Positions 13,945 to 25,855 of a stretch of 64,000 nucleotides of DNA are shown one piece after another. This stretch comes from Phoronis australis (Eukaryota > Animalia > Phoronida): contig NMRA01000147.1 of assembly GCA_002633005.1 (NCBI GenBank), forward strand, positions 1 through 64,000, given 5' to 3'. How positions within the stretch are numbered: position 1 is the first letter of the stretch; each line of letters begins with the position of its first letter. The position numbers and the translations under genes were made by a program. Under the pieces are notes generated by a model. The model searched no databases. It had not been told where the DNA came from and worked only from the letters and a program-made list of their open reading frames with translations.

Positions 13945-14820
13945 GACCGTTAGCCGACCTTTTTACAGTAAAAACATGTATGCCAATTTTTAAAATCATC
14001 CATAGAGTGGTTTGGTTGACAGAGGGCGGACGACAAAAAGACTCGAAAACAGTAAAAAATAGCCGCTAGGTGCCGCAAAATACTCCCAATCCATCCGGAA
14101 ATGAAAAATAGGCACCATTTCACTAATACATGTATATGCCTATCTGCCAAATTTTATGAAAATCCGTCAAAGAACCTTTGAATATACAGACTTAAGGTAA
14201 ACTTAAAAAAAACTAATTACCACTAGGAGGCACACCGGTAGTCCAATCCGTCCTGAAATCGTTGTCATCCGTTGTCAACTTAATATAAAGATACTTGCTA
14301 AATTTAATAAAGATCTTGCAGAGCCATGGGCTGGGCGCAAAATCAAAGGAAAATGCCCCTAGGAGGTGTCACGGTAGTCTAAGTCGTCGGAAAGCCGTTG
14401 TCAGCTGCCTTCTTCACAGTAAGAACATATATGCCAATTTTCGCAATCATCCTTAGAGTGGTTTGATTGATCGGGAAGGGTAGGCGCCAAAAATTTACTC
14501 GAGGGCAGTAAAATTTGCAATTAGGTGTCATCCGAAAACGAGAGGATAGCGTCATCTTATTGGCCCATGAGCCAAGTTTTATGAAAATCCGATGACCTTT
14601 GAAGAAACAGAGATAAACGAAAAAAATGCAACCGGTAGACGGATCCGTCCGAAATTCGTCGTCAACTGTCGTTAGTCTTATAGAAGCACATCTGCCAAAT
14701 CTCATCAAGGTCCTGTGAGGATTTAAGAGATACAGCTGTGGACGCCGTATCCCGGACGCCCGGACAACCGGGCAGGCAGAGATGACAAACACTCGCATAT
14801 AAATATGCGGGCGAATAAAA
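13945..14820 (+). mobile_element. HINE-like non-autonomous Helentron, family 1, degenerate and 5'-truncated
   Basis: Same ~150 bp monomers as 23676-25698 (ccactaggaggcacaccggtagtc; ccaaattttatgaaaatccg), degenerate ggacg repeats at ~14740-14780, and a 3' hairpin ctcgcatataaatatgcggg. Confidence 0.75.
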
Positions 14821-16929
14821 ATGTCTACATTTCTCTGACTTTAAAGTTTCGTATCAGAAATAGCTGTTCAAATTTATGTAAAATTTCATTTCTTTGATAT
14901 AAATACCTTTTACAAAATGCCTTCGTATGTTAGGGCTTGTGTTTGTATGTTAGTGCTTTGTTGGGCGGGATTGGCAAGTGCGTTAGCGTTAACGCAAATC
15001 CACAGGCAAGAATGGTAACAAACCTTTAGTGCAAGAGAATGGTAATACCAGTGATAAATGTGCAGATCTGTCCATGGGATTAAAAGTGTGTCATCACGGC
15101 CTAAGCTTTTATACCTTATAAGAACCCATCGTGCAATTAAAAACCAGCCAACACTTAAAATATTTTACAGCGACCTGGAAACCACAGTTGTCACAGGTGG
15201 AGAACTGTAACTGCACCTCTCAGCAAGTCCAAAACGTTTTAATAACGAAATTTACACACCTTTATCCTCTTTTGTATTTTGGATAAGATAGCATCTTATG
15301 GCGCACGTCCTGATGGAAGAGGCAATTTCCGGGAGTTTTGATTTTTCAGACTCTGGTATCGTTTTGAGTTGGTGGTACAGTGATACCTTTAGTCCGTTGC
15401 CAGTGGTGGCGAGGTCAAGATCCTTCTAGTTCAGATCCTGTATGACCCTAGAAAACTGAGCGTCTACATTTCTCTTGATTCAAAGGTTGCTATCTCAGAA
15501 ATAGCAGTTCAGATTTATGTAAAACGTTCACGTACTATGATTTAAACGTCTTTCACAAAACGAAAGTGCAATAATCACAATTTGGAACATCAACATTGTT
15601 TCTGAGATCACTTCACGAAACTTTTCATCAAATGATTATCGATCATATTTTGACACGGTTGTTTAATTAACAATGGGTCTTCGGTTTTTGCTAGCTTTTA
15701 ATGGTTTTTAGGAGAACATGCCTTGAAACTAGATGTGAGTCATTGTGAATTAATAAAGACATATGCCTGAATGACTGGCTAGTAGATTTTAAACTTCCCT
15801 TTTCCATATCGAAAAAATGTCGGTCATGTTTTGATGACACACAGTAGCACAAACGTATAGTAAAACCTAGAAGCTTCTATGATGTTTACAAATTAACGGA
15901 ACCTTGACTCTTGTGCGATTCGTGTCAGTGGTCCTGCAGTACTTTTGGTATATTGTCATTGCTCGCAATGTCAGATCTCGCAAGTTAATGGTATACTGGT
16001 CAGCCAAAGTCAAATATTTCGACGAAAGGCCAAGTACCTAAAAGACCTAAAATAATGATAAAAATAAGTCAACCCCTTGGAAACAATGAAATCATATGAT
16101 CTGAACTGAAAACTACAAGTGAGAAAAAGTGTGAGGTAAAGTTATGAAATGCCGGTATTCCTTGTTTTCAAAGACAAGCAAGTAAATAAATCCATCAATA
16201 TCCACACAAGCCCGAAAGACCATTAGTTCGAAAACAAAAGGTTCGAATTTTCATGTCACGAAGCATTTTGAAAAGTGATTTCGAGCAAAATGTTTGGAGA
16301 GTTGTAAGCACGTGGCTTCTTAAAACGAATTCTTCGAACAGCCAGTGCCTTGGTGAAGTATCCAAACAGCGTTTGGCAATGTGTACGGAACTGTCGCTTT
16401 TATTTTAATTTTCAAGTTTTGGTTTTCCGCCTCTAAAATGTTGCCGCTCCTTTGTCATTAACTTTCAATCACTGACTTCTCGTCTCTCAGATCGTAGAAT
16501 TATTTTTGCACTAATAAGCATTTTTGTCGAATTTGCGAACATTCAGGATGATAGGGCTTTTTCAATAATTTTCATTTGTTGTATTATGGCCACTGATTTG
16601 AAAACCTTCAAGGTATTGAGCTGTACACTGCAGTATGAAACCCAAGCAACGATACTTTATCTTCATAATTTTCGTCTTAAATCTTTCTTCTTTCGTTTTG
16701 GTTTAACGAAGGTCGCAAGTTAACTTTGGGGTATGGGTATGGGTATGGCGTGTAAATAGACGAAAACATACCTTTTGCTTCTGGTACGATTCTTGTCAGT
16801 GGTCCTACAGAAATTTTGGTATACTGTCACTGTTCCTAATGTCAGATCGCATATTGATGGTGTACTAGTCAGCTAAGGTCAAATAGTTTGACGAAAGGCC
16901 AAGTATTTAAAAGGCATAGAATAATGTTA

Positions 16930-17084
16930 TCAAATAGATATTGTAATGCCGTGTAGTTACCGACGGATAAGAATATAAAATAGTAAAACTTACTAAAACT
17001 ACGAGCGTCGGTACTAAAATTTATTAAAATATCCCCACGTTTCGAGCGATGAGCTCTTTGTCAAGGGTGTGCTATAAACTGTAC
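16930..17084 (-). mobile_element. Short Penelope-like (pLTR) insertion with hammerhead-like motif
   Basis: Absent from other array copies; flanked by 10 bp direct repeat aataatgtta (16920-16929, 17085-17094); minus strand reads ccc-TTGACAAA-gagc-tcatc-gctc-GAAACGT-gggg followed by aataaa. Confidence 0.65.
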
Positions 17085-18639
17085 AATAATGTTAAAAGAA
17101 GTCAACCCCCTAGAAAAAATGAAATGATATGATCTGAATTGAAAATTTCAAGTAAAAAAGTGTGGGCCAAAATTATGAAATCGCGGTATTCATGACTCCA
17201 AACAAATCCATCAATTCAAATATCCTCACAAGTCCGAGAGACCATTAGTTCGAAAGCTAAAAATTCGAAATTCATGTTACGAGGTTCTCAACAGTGATTT
17301 CGAACAAAATGTTTGGAGATTTGTAAGCACGTGCCTCCCTGGAACCAATTCTTCCAAGAGCCAGTGCCTTGGTAAAGCATCCAAACAAAGTTTGACAAAG
17401 TGCACTGAACTGTCGCTTTTATTAACATTTTCAACTTTTGGAATACAGCCACTAAAATTTTGTTGCTGTATGGTCTCTTTAATTGTCGAACTGTTTTCGA
17501 ACTAATAATCTTTTTGTAGAGTTTGTGAACCTGCGGCCCGATAGGGCTTTTTGTAAACATTTTCGTTTGTCGTATAATGGGCACAGATTTGAAAACCTTA
17601 AAGCTATTAAGCTTTACCCTATTTAATGCAGTATGAAACCCAAGCAACAATAGTTTACCTTCATAATTTTCGTCTGAAGAACTGCTTCGTCCGTTTTGGT
17701 TATTCAAGGATCGCAGCGTATTGCTGGGGTATGGGTACTGTGTGTAAACACACAAAACGAGTATTGAAAAAATTTACGAACAATCGCCAAATCAACTGTT
17801 TTCAATTTCTCACACGCAGATCAATTGAAAATCCTTGTCCTTACTCCGCCACAAATTGATACCGGGAACCACAGCCTAGCTCCATCCCGTTGCGGCATCT
17901 GTAGAGGAATCCAAATAATGATATTCACCATACATTTTGTGACTTCGAACGTCAGTTGGATTAATTTGGTGATGTTTTTAGGTTTGTTAGGACTGGTATT
18001 AGTATTTAATTGGAGTTGGCGGGATTAGAATGTGTGTTTGCATCAACGTTAATGCACAACAAGAAAAGCAACAAACGTCTAGTCCAAGCGAATGATACTA
18101 CAATTGATAGATGGACAGATCTACAGTCTATCTATTGGAATAAATGAGAGTCATCACGGCCAAAGCATTGATATATGAGGAGAACCCAAAGTACAACTAA
18201 AATACAGCTAACACTAGAAATGTATTTCAACGACCTGGACAGCACAGTGTTGTTACAGGTGGAGAACTGTAATTGCACGTGACAGACAGTCCAAAATGTT
18301 ATCAATAACGAAAGTAACGCACCTCAGTCGTACCTTGTGTATCGGGTAAGACAGCATCTCATGACGTACGCCCTCAAGGAAGAGGCAATTTGCTGCATTT
18401 TTTACTTTTCCTATTCTGGTGTCATTACATGGTGACGGTTCAGTGACATTTTTTTTCGCTGCCACTGGTGGCAAGGACAGCGTCCTTCTACTTCGGATGC
18501 TGCGTGGCCCTAAAAAGTGTCCACCTTTCTCTAATTTTAAAGGTTGATATCTTAGAAATAGTAGTTCAGATTTTTGTAAAATCTCCCATGTTAATGGTAT
18601 ACTGGTCAGCCGGTAGTTTGACGAAAGAACAAGTCCCTA

Positions 18640-19179
18640 AACAAGAGCAACGCGGACTCGGAGCGTTGAAATGCGCCCACGAATGCATCGCAAATGGTTT
18701 GCTTTTAGGGTTATTTATTTGTATCATAAAAATGGCCACTAGATGGCGTAAAAACGTACAATTCATCAAAAAACCGGAACATGCCATATTTCATTAAAAT
18801 CTGTCAAGGAACTTCAGAAAAAAAAGAAAACAGAATAGCTTGAAATTGCCACTTGTGGGCACAGCGTTCGTTGGATCCGCCTGAAAGACGTCGTCTGTTG
18901 TTATCTTCATATAAATACAATTACTAATATAAATACAATTACTAAATTTAATAAAGATCCTGAAATGGGTTTAGGAGATATAGATATGGGCGCAAAACAA
19001 AACATAACTACCACTAGGAGGCGCCATACTAGTCAGTTGCCATCATCAAACGTCCTCTTTGCATTGAAAACATATACGCCAATTTTCAAAACTATCCCTA
19101 GAATGATTTCCTTGATAGAGGGGTGGACGCCAAAAACAAGATTTGAAAACAGCAAAAATGGCCACTAGGTCGCGCAAAA
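18640..19179 (+). mobile_element. HINE-like element, family 1, 5' part running into the gap
   Basis: Starts acaagagcaacgcgga..gcgttgaaatgcgcccac, as at 23676; contains gccactag monomers. Confidence 0.8.
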
Positions 19180-19777
19180 NNNNNNNNNNNNNNNNNNNNN
19201 NNNNNNNNNNNNNNNNNNNNNNNNNNNNNNNNNNNNNNNNNNNNNNNNNNNNNNNNNNNNNNNNNNNNNNNNNNNNNNNNNNNNNNNNNNNNNNNNNNNN
19301 NNNNNNNNNNNNNNNNNNNNNNNNNNNNNNNNNNNNNNNNNNNNNNNNNNNNNNNNNNNNNNNNNNNNNNNNNNNNNNNNNNNNNNNNNNNNNNNNNNNN
19401 NNNNNNNNNNNNNNNNNNNNNNNNNNNNNNNNNNNNNNNNNNNNNNNNNNNNNNNNNNNNNNNNNNNNNNNNNNNNNNNNNNNNNNNNNNNNNNNNNNNN
19501 NNNNNNNNNNNNNNNNNNNNNNNNNNNNNNNNNNNNNNNNNNNNNNNNNNNNNNNNNNNNNNNNNNNNNNNNNNNNNNNNNNNNNNNNNNNNNNNNNNNN
19601 NNNNNNNNNNNNNNNNNNNNNNNNNNNNNNNNNNNNNNNNNNNNNNNNNNNNNNNNNNNNNNNNNNNNNNNNNNNNNNNNNNNNNNNNNNNNNNNNNNNN
19701 NNNNNNNNNNNNNNNNNNNNNNNNNNNNNNNNNNNNNNNNNNNNNNNNNNNNNNNNNNNNNNNNNNNNNNNNNNNNN
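19180..19777. other. Assembly gap (N run)
   Basis: 598 N bases. Confidence 1.
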
Positions 19778-20354
19778 AAACATGAGTACAACCCAATTAT
19801 CTGGACACCATACATTTGTCACAGGTGGGTAACTGTAACTGTAAGTGTCAGCCAGACAAAAATGTTATCAATAACGAAAGTTACACACCTCTATCGCCCT
19901 TCATGTATCGGGTAAGACAGGATCTCATGGTGCACGCCCCCACGTAAGAGGCAACTCCTGGGATTTTTTACCTTTCCGACTCTGGTGTCATTTTGTGTTG
20001 GTGGTTCAGCGACATCTTGCCCGGGTGCACTGCCAGTTGTGGCGAGGTCCTGTATGACTATAGAAAAAACGTCAACATTTATCTAACTTTGAAGCTTCAA
20101 AATCGTGTACATTTCCCCAACTTTGAAGTTTTATATCTCAGAAATAGCTGTCCAGATTTATGTAAAACTTCCAAATCCAAGGATTTAAATACCGCTTACG
20201 AAACGAATTCAAAATAAAATCATGATGTTTTGAACATTAATATTTTTTTGAGATTACGTCTTTGAATATTTTCATCATATGAAATTCGAACTTGTTATCG
20301 ATACCGTTGTTTTGCTATTACTGTGCTTTTCTTTTCTTTTTCGCTAAATTTTAC

Positions 20355-21650
20355 TTAAGGTAAATATTCTTGTGAGGCAATCATTATGAATATCAGACAT
20401 GTAAAAACCGAAATTTCAAATTTTACTTGGGTTTCTAGTTTCCGATAATATAAACATTTAAGGAGTTAAAATATTTAATTTTGTAAAAAATTTAGCCAAA
20501 ATCGCATACTTGGCCAATCAGCCTTCGAGGACGAATTTAACTTACATGAGCCGAGGTGAGTGTATTTCATATTGTGAAGTATACATTGAAAGAAATTTGG
20601 TTAGGAAAGTAAAAAGATGCCCCAAAAAACTTGTAACTGAAGTGTAAAACATTTTAAATGCTTTTTCTCATGAAAGTTGAACGGTAATACCCTTATCAAA
20701 TCTGTTGTTAGTCGTATTAGTGGTACTGCAGGAACTTTTTGATGCACTGTAACCCGTCGTGACGTCGTGGTCCTGTATGGTCATGTCAACCAATCCACTT
20801 TCTGTCACCTGCTTTGCATCTTTAGTGTCAGTTTTCCAAAATAAAAGCAGGAACCAACTGAAAAAACTTATACTTCCTATCTCATAAATTGCGCGTTGTG
20901 GTCCTTGACGGGTGGTCAAAACCGAGTTTGGTATCATTTTAATGACAAACAAAGCCTAGCTATTTAACAAATGACAAAGTCGCTCAAATAAAATTCAGCA
21001 ATTAAGACTAAATGTAGTTTACTTCCGAGAAGGAATATAATACAGGCGACCCGAACTGAGAGCCAATAGTGTATTTTATATTGACAAGATCTCCCAGTTA
21101 TACCATTACCAACGCAATTTTTGAGAGGCTGCACTGAAACCAGGGCCCGGTATCTAATCTTTGTACTCGAAACGAACTCGAAACTATTTTTTGGCAATTT
21201 CTCTGCTCCTTTTGGGCGAACTTAAGATAATTGGTTATCAGACTGTGCTCAAATACATTATAGTTTATGCATAGGAGTTTCCAGTTCAAGTTTGCCCTTG
21301 AAGACTCTTATATTTGTGCTACAAACTCGAGTTCAAACTCGAACTTATTGCTTTAATATTGGGTTTACAAACTGTGAACTAAGGGCAATAAATTATCTAC
21401 GTAAGTTATTGTGTACTCGAGCATAGAATGATAGACACTTATCTTTAGTTCGCCCAAAAGTAGAGTAGAAAATGCCAAACCTAATTTCGAGTTCCATTTC
21501 GAGTAAAAAGATTTGAGACCGGGCCCAGTTGTGAAACCGTGTACTTGAATAAAGACGTATTCCTGAAGTAGATTTTTCACTTCGCTTTTCCAAATAAAAC
21601 AAGTGATTGATCAAGTTTTGATGGCTCAAATGAGTACACACATGTAATCA
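20355..21650. mobile_element. Unclassified insertion in the tandem array, possibly a TTAA-targeting DNA transposon remnant
   Basis: Array homology stops at gctaaattttac|ttaaggtaaat and resumes near 21670 (tttacagctgaacggcaccata); no matching right TIR seen. Confidence 0.35.
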
Positions 21651-22714
21651 AAACCGGTAACTGTCGGGATACTGATTTACAGCTGAACGGCACCATATCT
21701 TTGGCCCTGGTGTCATTCGTGTTAGTAGTCCTTCTGAAATTTTGGTACACTGTAACTGCTCGCGACGTCAGGTGCCGTGGGTAAATGGTACACTAGTCAG
21801 CCAAAGTCCACTAGTTCGACGACTTGCCAAGTCGCTAAACATTGCACAATAAGAGGTGATCAACCTTATATGACCTGAATTGAAAACTTCAAGTGAGAAA
21901 TGTGTACAGAGTTTATATGAAATTAAGGTATTCATGGGTCGCAAGGTTTGAAAGTCTAAAAATCCATAAATCTGAAGACTTATCCACACAATTACGAAAA
22001 CCCACCGAAGGCTATAAATTTGAACTTTCATGACACTAGGTTCCGAACAGTGATTTTGTGCAAAACGTTCAGGAATTTATTTGCACACGGCTGCTTGAAA
22101 CTAGTTCTTCGAAGAGCCTGTGCCTCTCAAAACGGGATCCAAACATGAAGTTGGGCGATTCACTGAGTTGCAGTAGTTATTTACATGTTCGAAGTATGCC
22201 GGGTTTATCGCCGCCAAAATTTTGCAGCTTGGCTGTCGTTGACTTTGAATCGCTGGTTTCTGGCATCATAGACCTTCGGACTAGATTCGAACAAACTAGT
22301 TTTTTTCTTTCTGTCGGATTTGTGACCCTTCGGCCTTATAATGCCTTTTTTATTCATTTGTGGTATTATGAGAGTTCCGGAACTTGTGAACCTTTGGAGT
22401 ATCGAGCTGTACCCTATTTATACTAATACAGTATGACACGCAAGCAACGTTAGATTACATAAACCCCCTGTTAGATTATCTTCTTAATTATCGTCTTCCA
22501 CCTTTCTTCCGTCTTGGTTATCCGTGGGTAGCAGCTTGTCGTTTATGTATGGGTATGGCGTGCAAATAGACAAAAACGTGCAGTAATGAAATTTACAGAC
22601 ACTCGGCAAATCAACTATTATTTTCAAGTTGACACTTCGAGATTAATTGAAATATCTACCAAGGCAGTTATTGACCACGGGAACCATTGGTCTGATCCAT
22701 ATGTTGGTCATCCT

Positions 22715-23500
22715 GAAGTGTTCCCGTTTATGCATATCGGGATTCTACATATGTACGTGTCCCGGGTTCGGTGTGACCAGTTTTCATTGCATCCGGCGGA
22801 CGGAGTTCTATGTGCCCTGGTGTGGTAGCTGCGATTGTCCCCCTGCAGAGAATGTCCTAGCTGCATGTACAGGTATTTGAATGCCAGTGTACTGGCACGT
22901 TAATCAGTGGATTAGCCGGATGCTTCGTTCAAATACATGCAAGCCGGACGTGCGCTCAGTAGACGCTAGGACCTACCTAAAACCTAGTCAAAGTCACGTG
23001 TTCTCATTTAAAATACACGGCAATATCGCACGTAATCTCGCGAAGTCTTGCTTTTTAGCGAGGTCCTAGCGTTACTGAACGGGAGGCGGACAAGTTCTCC
23101 ACCGGGGGACAATGGCTACTTTCACACCGAGTTCTATGATGAGCCAAGAAATTTAACATACCCAAGTTCGCCGTTTGCGACCTAGCCGAAATCTGGAAAA
23201 CTAAAGGTGCATTTTCAAGAAGTGAGCTAGCATTCCAAAATTCCAGGAGGCATTACATTATCTGACCACGACCAGAATCCAATGCAACTAAGGAGAATGC
23301 ATAAAAAGAACACATTACTTTATTACTTGTTGAACTTATGCCCTAAATCAGGATCGAAAAGCAACTGTCATGTGGGCCTAAATGGCAAGTGTTGCTAAAA
23401 GTTGCACACTCGTCCGCTTAGCGTCTGGACTATTGCGCAAAACACCGGGACACAAAAACCCAGACAGATAGAATCCGGAGTCCATAAAACGGGACGCATG
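22715..23500. mobile_element. MITE-like insertion with long imperfect TIRs
   Basis: Left cccgtttatg..gggattcta..gtgtcccgg..gcggacg is mirrored by right cgtccgc..ccgggacac..tagaatccgg..cataaaacggg; interrupts the array unit. Confidence 0.55.
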
Positions 23501-23634
23501 TTAGGGTCCTAGTTAGTATGTTAGTACAATTGTTAGTCGGGATTAGAAAGAGCGTTAAATTCAGCAAGTCAAGTAACAAACATCTAGTGCAAGCTAATGA
23601 TAATACATTTGATAGATGGATAGATATATCCATT

Positions 23635-25855
23635 TAATAATAATAACAATAATAATAATAATAACAATAATAATAACAAGAGCAACGCGGAGCGTTGAAA
23701 TGCGCCCACAATTGCACCGCATACGGTATCCTTCTAGGGTTGTTTATTGGTACCATAAAGTGGCCAGTAGAGGGCATACTTTGCAAAATGGAAAGGCATG
23801 GTCCTTGTCTCCTCAATAGGCTAGGGGCAAAATGTGAGTAATCTTCATAATACAAGCACATCCTATACACCAGTTGCTTAAAGCACCACAGAAACATAGA
23901 ATTAAAAACAAATTTACCAACATACGAGATTAGCACAGCATTAGAATGCCAGAAACAAATTTCTACTTGGAACTTTTCCTTCACAGTCACGAAGTAACAC
24001 AAAGTATACACCTGAAGACCTATGAAAATACAGAGGTCAATGTAAAATACTAAAATTGCCACTAGAGGCAAATACTAAAATTGCCACTAGAGGCATACCG
24101 GTAATCAGAATCATCCTAAAGTCGTCATCGTCCGTTGTCAACATCACATAAATACACTTGCTAAATTTAGTAAAGATCCTGCAAACGGTTTGGGAGATAC
24201 AGCCATGGGCGCAAAAAAACAAAACTGCCACTAGGAGGCGCCACAGTAGTCCAAATCGTCTGAAAATCATTGTCAGCTGTCTTCCTTATAGTAAGCACAT
24301 ACACGCCAATTTTCACAATCATCCTTTGAGCGGTTTGGTTGATAGAGGGGTGGACGCAAAAATACAGACTCGAAAACAGTAAAAATGGCCACTAGGTGGC
24401 GCAAACTACGTCGAATCCATCTGAAAACAGTAGGATAGCGTCATCTCACTAATAGGTGCCTACATACCAAATTTCATGAAAATCCGTTCAATACTTTTGA
24501 AGATACAAAGGTAAGCGTAAAAAACTAAAATTGCCACTAGGGGGCACACCGGTAGTCGGATCCGACCAAAAGTCGTCATCTTCCGTTGTTAACATCATAT
24601 AAATATACTTACACAATTTGTAAAGATCCTGCGAACGGTTTAGGAGATACAGCCATAGGCGCAAAAAAACAAAACTGCCACTAGGAGGCGCCACAGTAGT
24701 CGAAATCGTCGGAAAATCATCGTCAACCGTCCTCTACATAGTAAGCATATACATGCCAATTTTCACAATCATCCTTTGAGCGGTTTGGTTGATAGAGGGG
24801 TGGACGCACAAAAACAGACTCGAAAACACTAAAAATGGCCACTAGGTGGCGCAAACTATGTCGAATCCATCTGAAAACGGGAGGATAGCGTCATCTCACT
24901 AATAGGTGCCTACATACCAAATTTCATGAAAATCCAATAAGGACTTGTGAAGATACAAAGGTAAGCGTAAAAAAATTAAAATTGCCACTAGGGGGCACAC
25001 CGGTAGTCGGATCCGTCCAAAAGTCGTCATCTTCCGTTGTTAACATCATATAAATATACTTACACAATTTCGTAAAGATCCTGCGAACGGTTTAGGAGAT
25101 ACAGCCATAGGCGCAAAAAAAACAAAACTGCCACTAGGAGGCGCCACAGTAGTCGAAATCGTCGGAAAATCATCGTCAACCGTCCTCTACATAGTAAGCA
25201 CATACATGCCAATTTTCACAATCATCCTTTGAGCGGTTTGGTTGATAGAGGGGTGGAAGCACAAAAGCAGACTCGAAAACAGTAAAAATGGCCACTAGGT
25301 GGCGCAAACTATGTCGAATCCATCCGAAAACGGCAGGATAGCGTCATCTCACTACTAGGTGCCTACATACCAAATTTCATGAAAATCCGTTCAGGACTTT
25401 TGAAGATACAAAGGTAAGCGTAAAAAACTAAAATTGCCACTAGGGGGCACACCGGTAGTCGGATCCGTCCGAAAGTTCGCACATGCCGTCCCATTCATGA
25501 ATGGAACATATGTGCCAAATTTCATGAACGTATGTCAAAGGGTTTTGGAGATAGAGCCGCGGACGCCGGACGCCAGACGCCGGACGCCGGACGCCGGACG
25601 GACGGACGGACGGACGGACGGACGGACGGACGGACGGACGGACGGACGGACAGAGATGACGGCATAATGCGTCCACATATAAATATGTGGGCGCATAATA
25701 ATAACAACAATAATAATAATAATAATTCTAATAATATCACTTATTGTACATCGTAGGTTTTGCTTACTCATTCAGAAATACATAAATTCAAATGTATATT
25801 CAGAGTATTTACACGGACAGCAGTTCTTCTCTTAAAGCCATAGTCTTCTCAGTGA
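23635..25855 (-). mobile_element. 5'-truncated non-LTR retrotransposon 3' end with (TAT)n tail, split by the HINE insertion
   Basis: (AAT/AAC)n tracts lie on both sides of the HINE (23635-23675, 25697-25735), with ~120 bp unique sequence to 25855; the whole insert is bounded by direct repeat atatccattt(g)aataa. Confidence 0.55.
23676..25698 (+). mobile_element. Full-length HINE-like non-autonomous Helentron, family 1
   Basis: 5' acaagagc; subterminal IR atgcgcccaca (~23700) pairs with tgtgggcgcat (25686-25696); central ~451 bp tandem repeats; (GGACGCC)n/(GGAC)n microsatellite 25560-25651; 3' hairpin atgcgtccacatat-aa-atatgtgggcgcat. Confidence 0.85.

Noticed and set aside
17288-17755. 155 aa ORF as an intact gene
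   Set aside because: Lies within the degenerate array; paralogous copies do not keep this frame open, and it has no true ATG or splice context.
19046-19832. Four long ORFs of 216-258 aa
   Set aside because: Artefacts of translating the N gap at 19180-19777.
24080-25450. Regularly spaced short repeats as a CRISPR-like array
   Set aside because: The intervening sequences are themselves repeated with a 451 bp period and are not unique spacers; the context is eukaryotic with no cas genes.
25434-25771. ORFs with GRTD/RPSV/poly-N repeats
   Set aside because: Translations of the (GGAC)n and (AAT)n microsatellites of the HINE and LINE tail.
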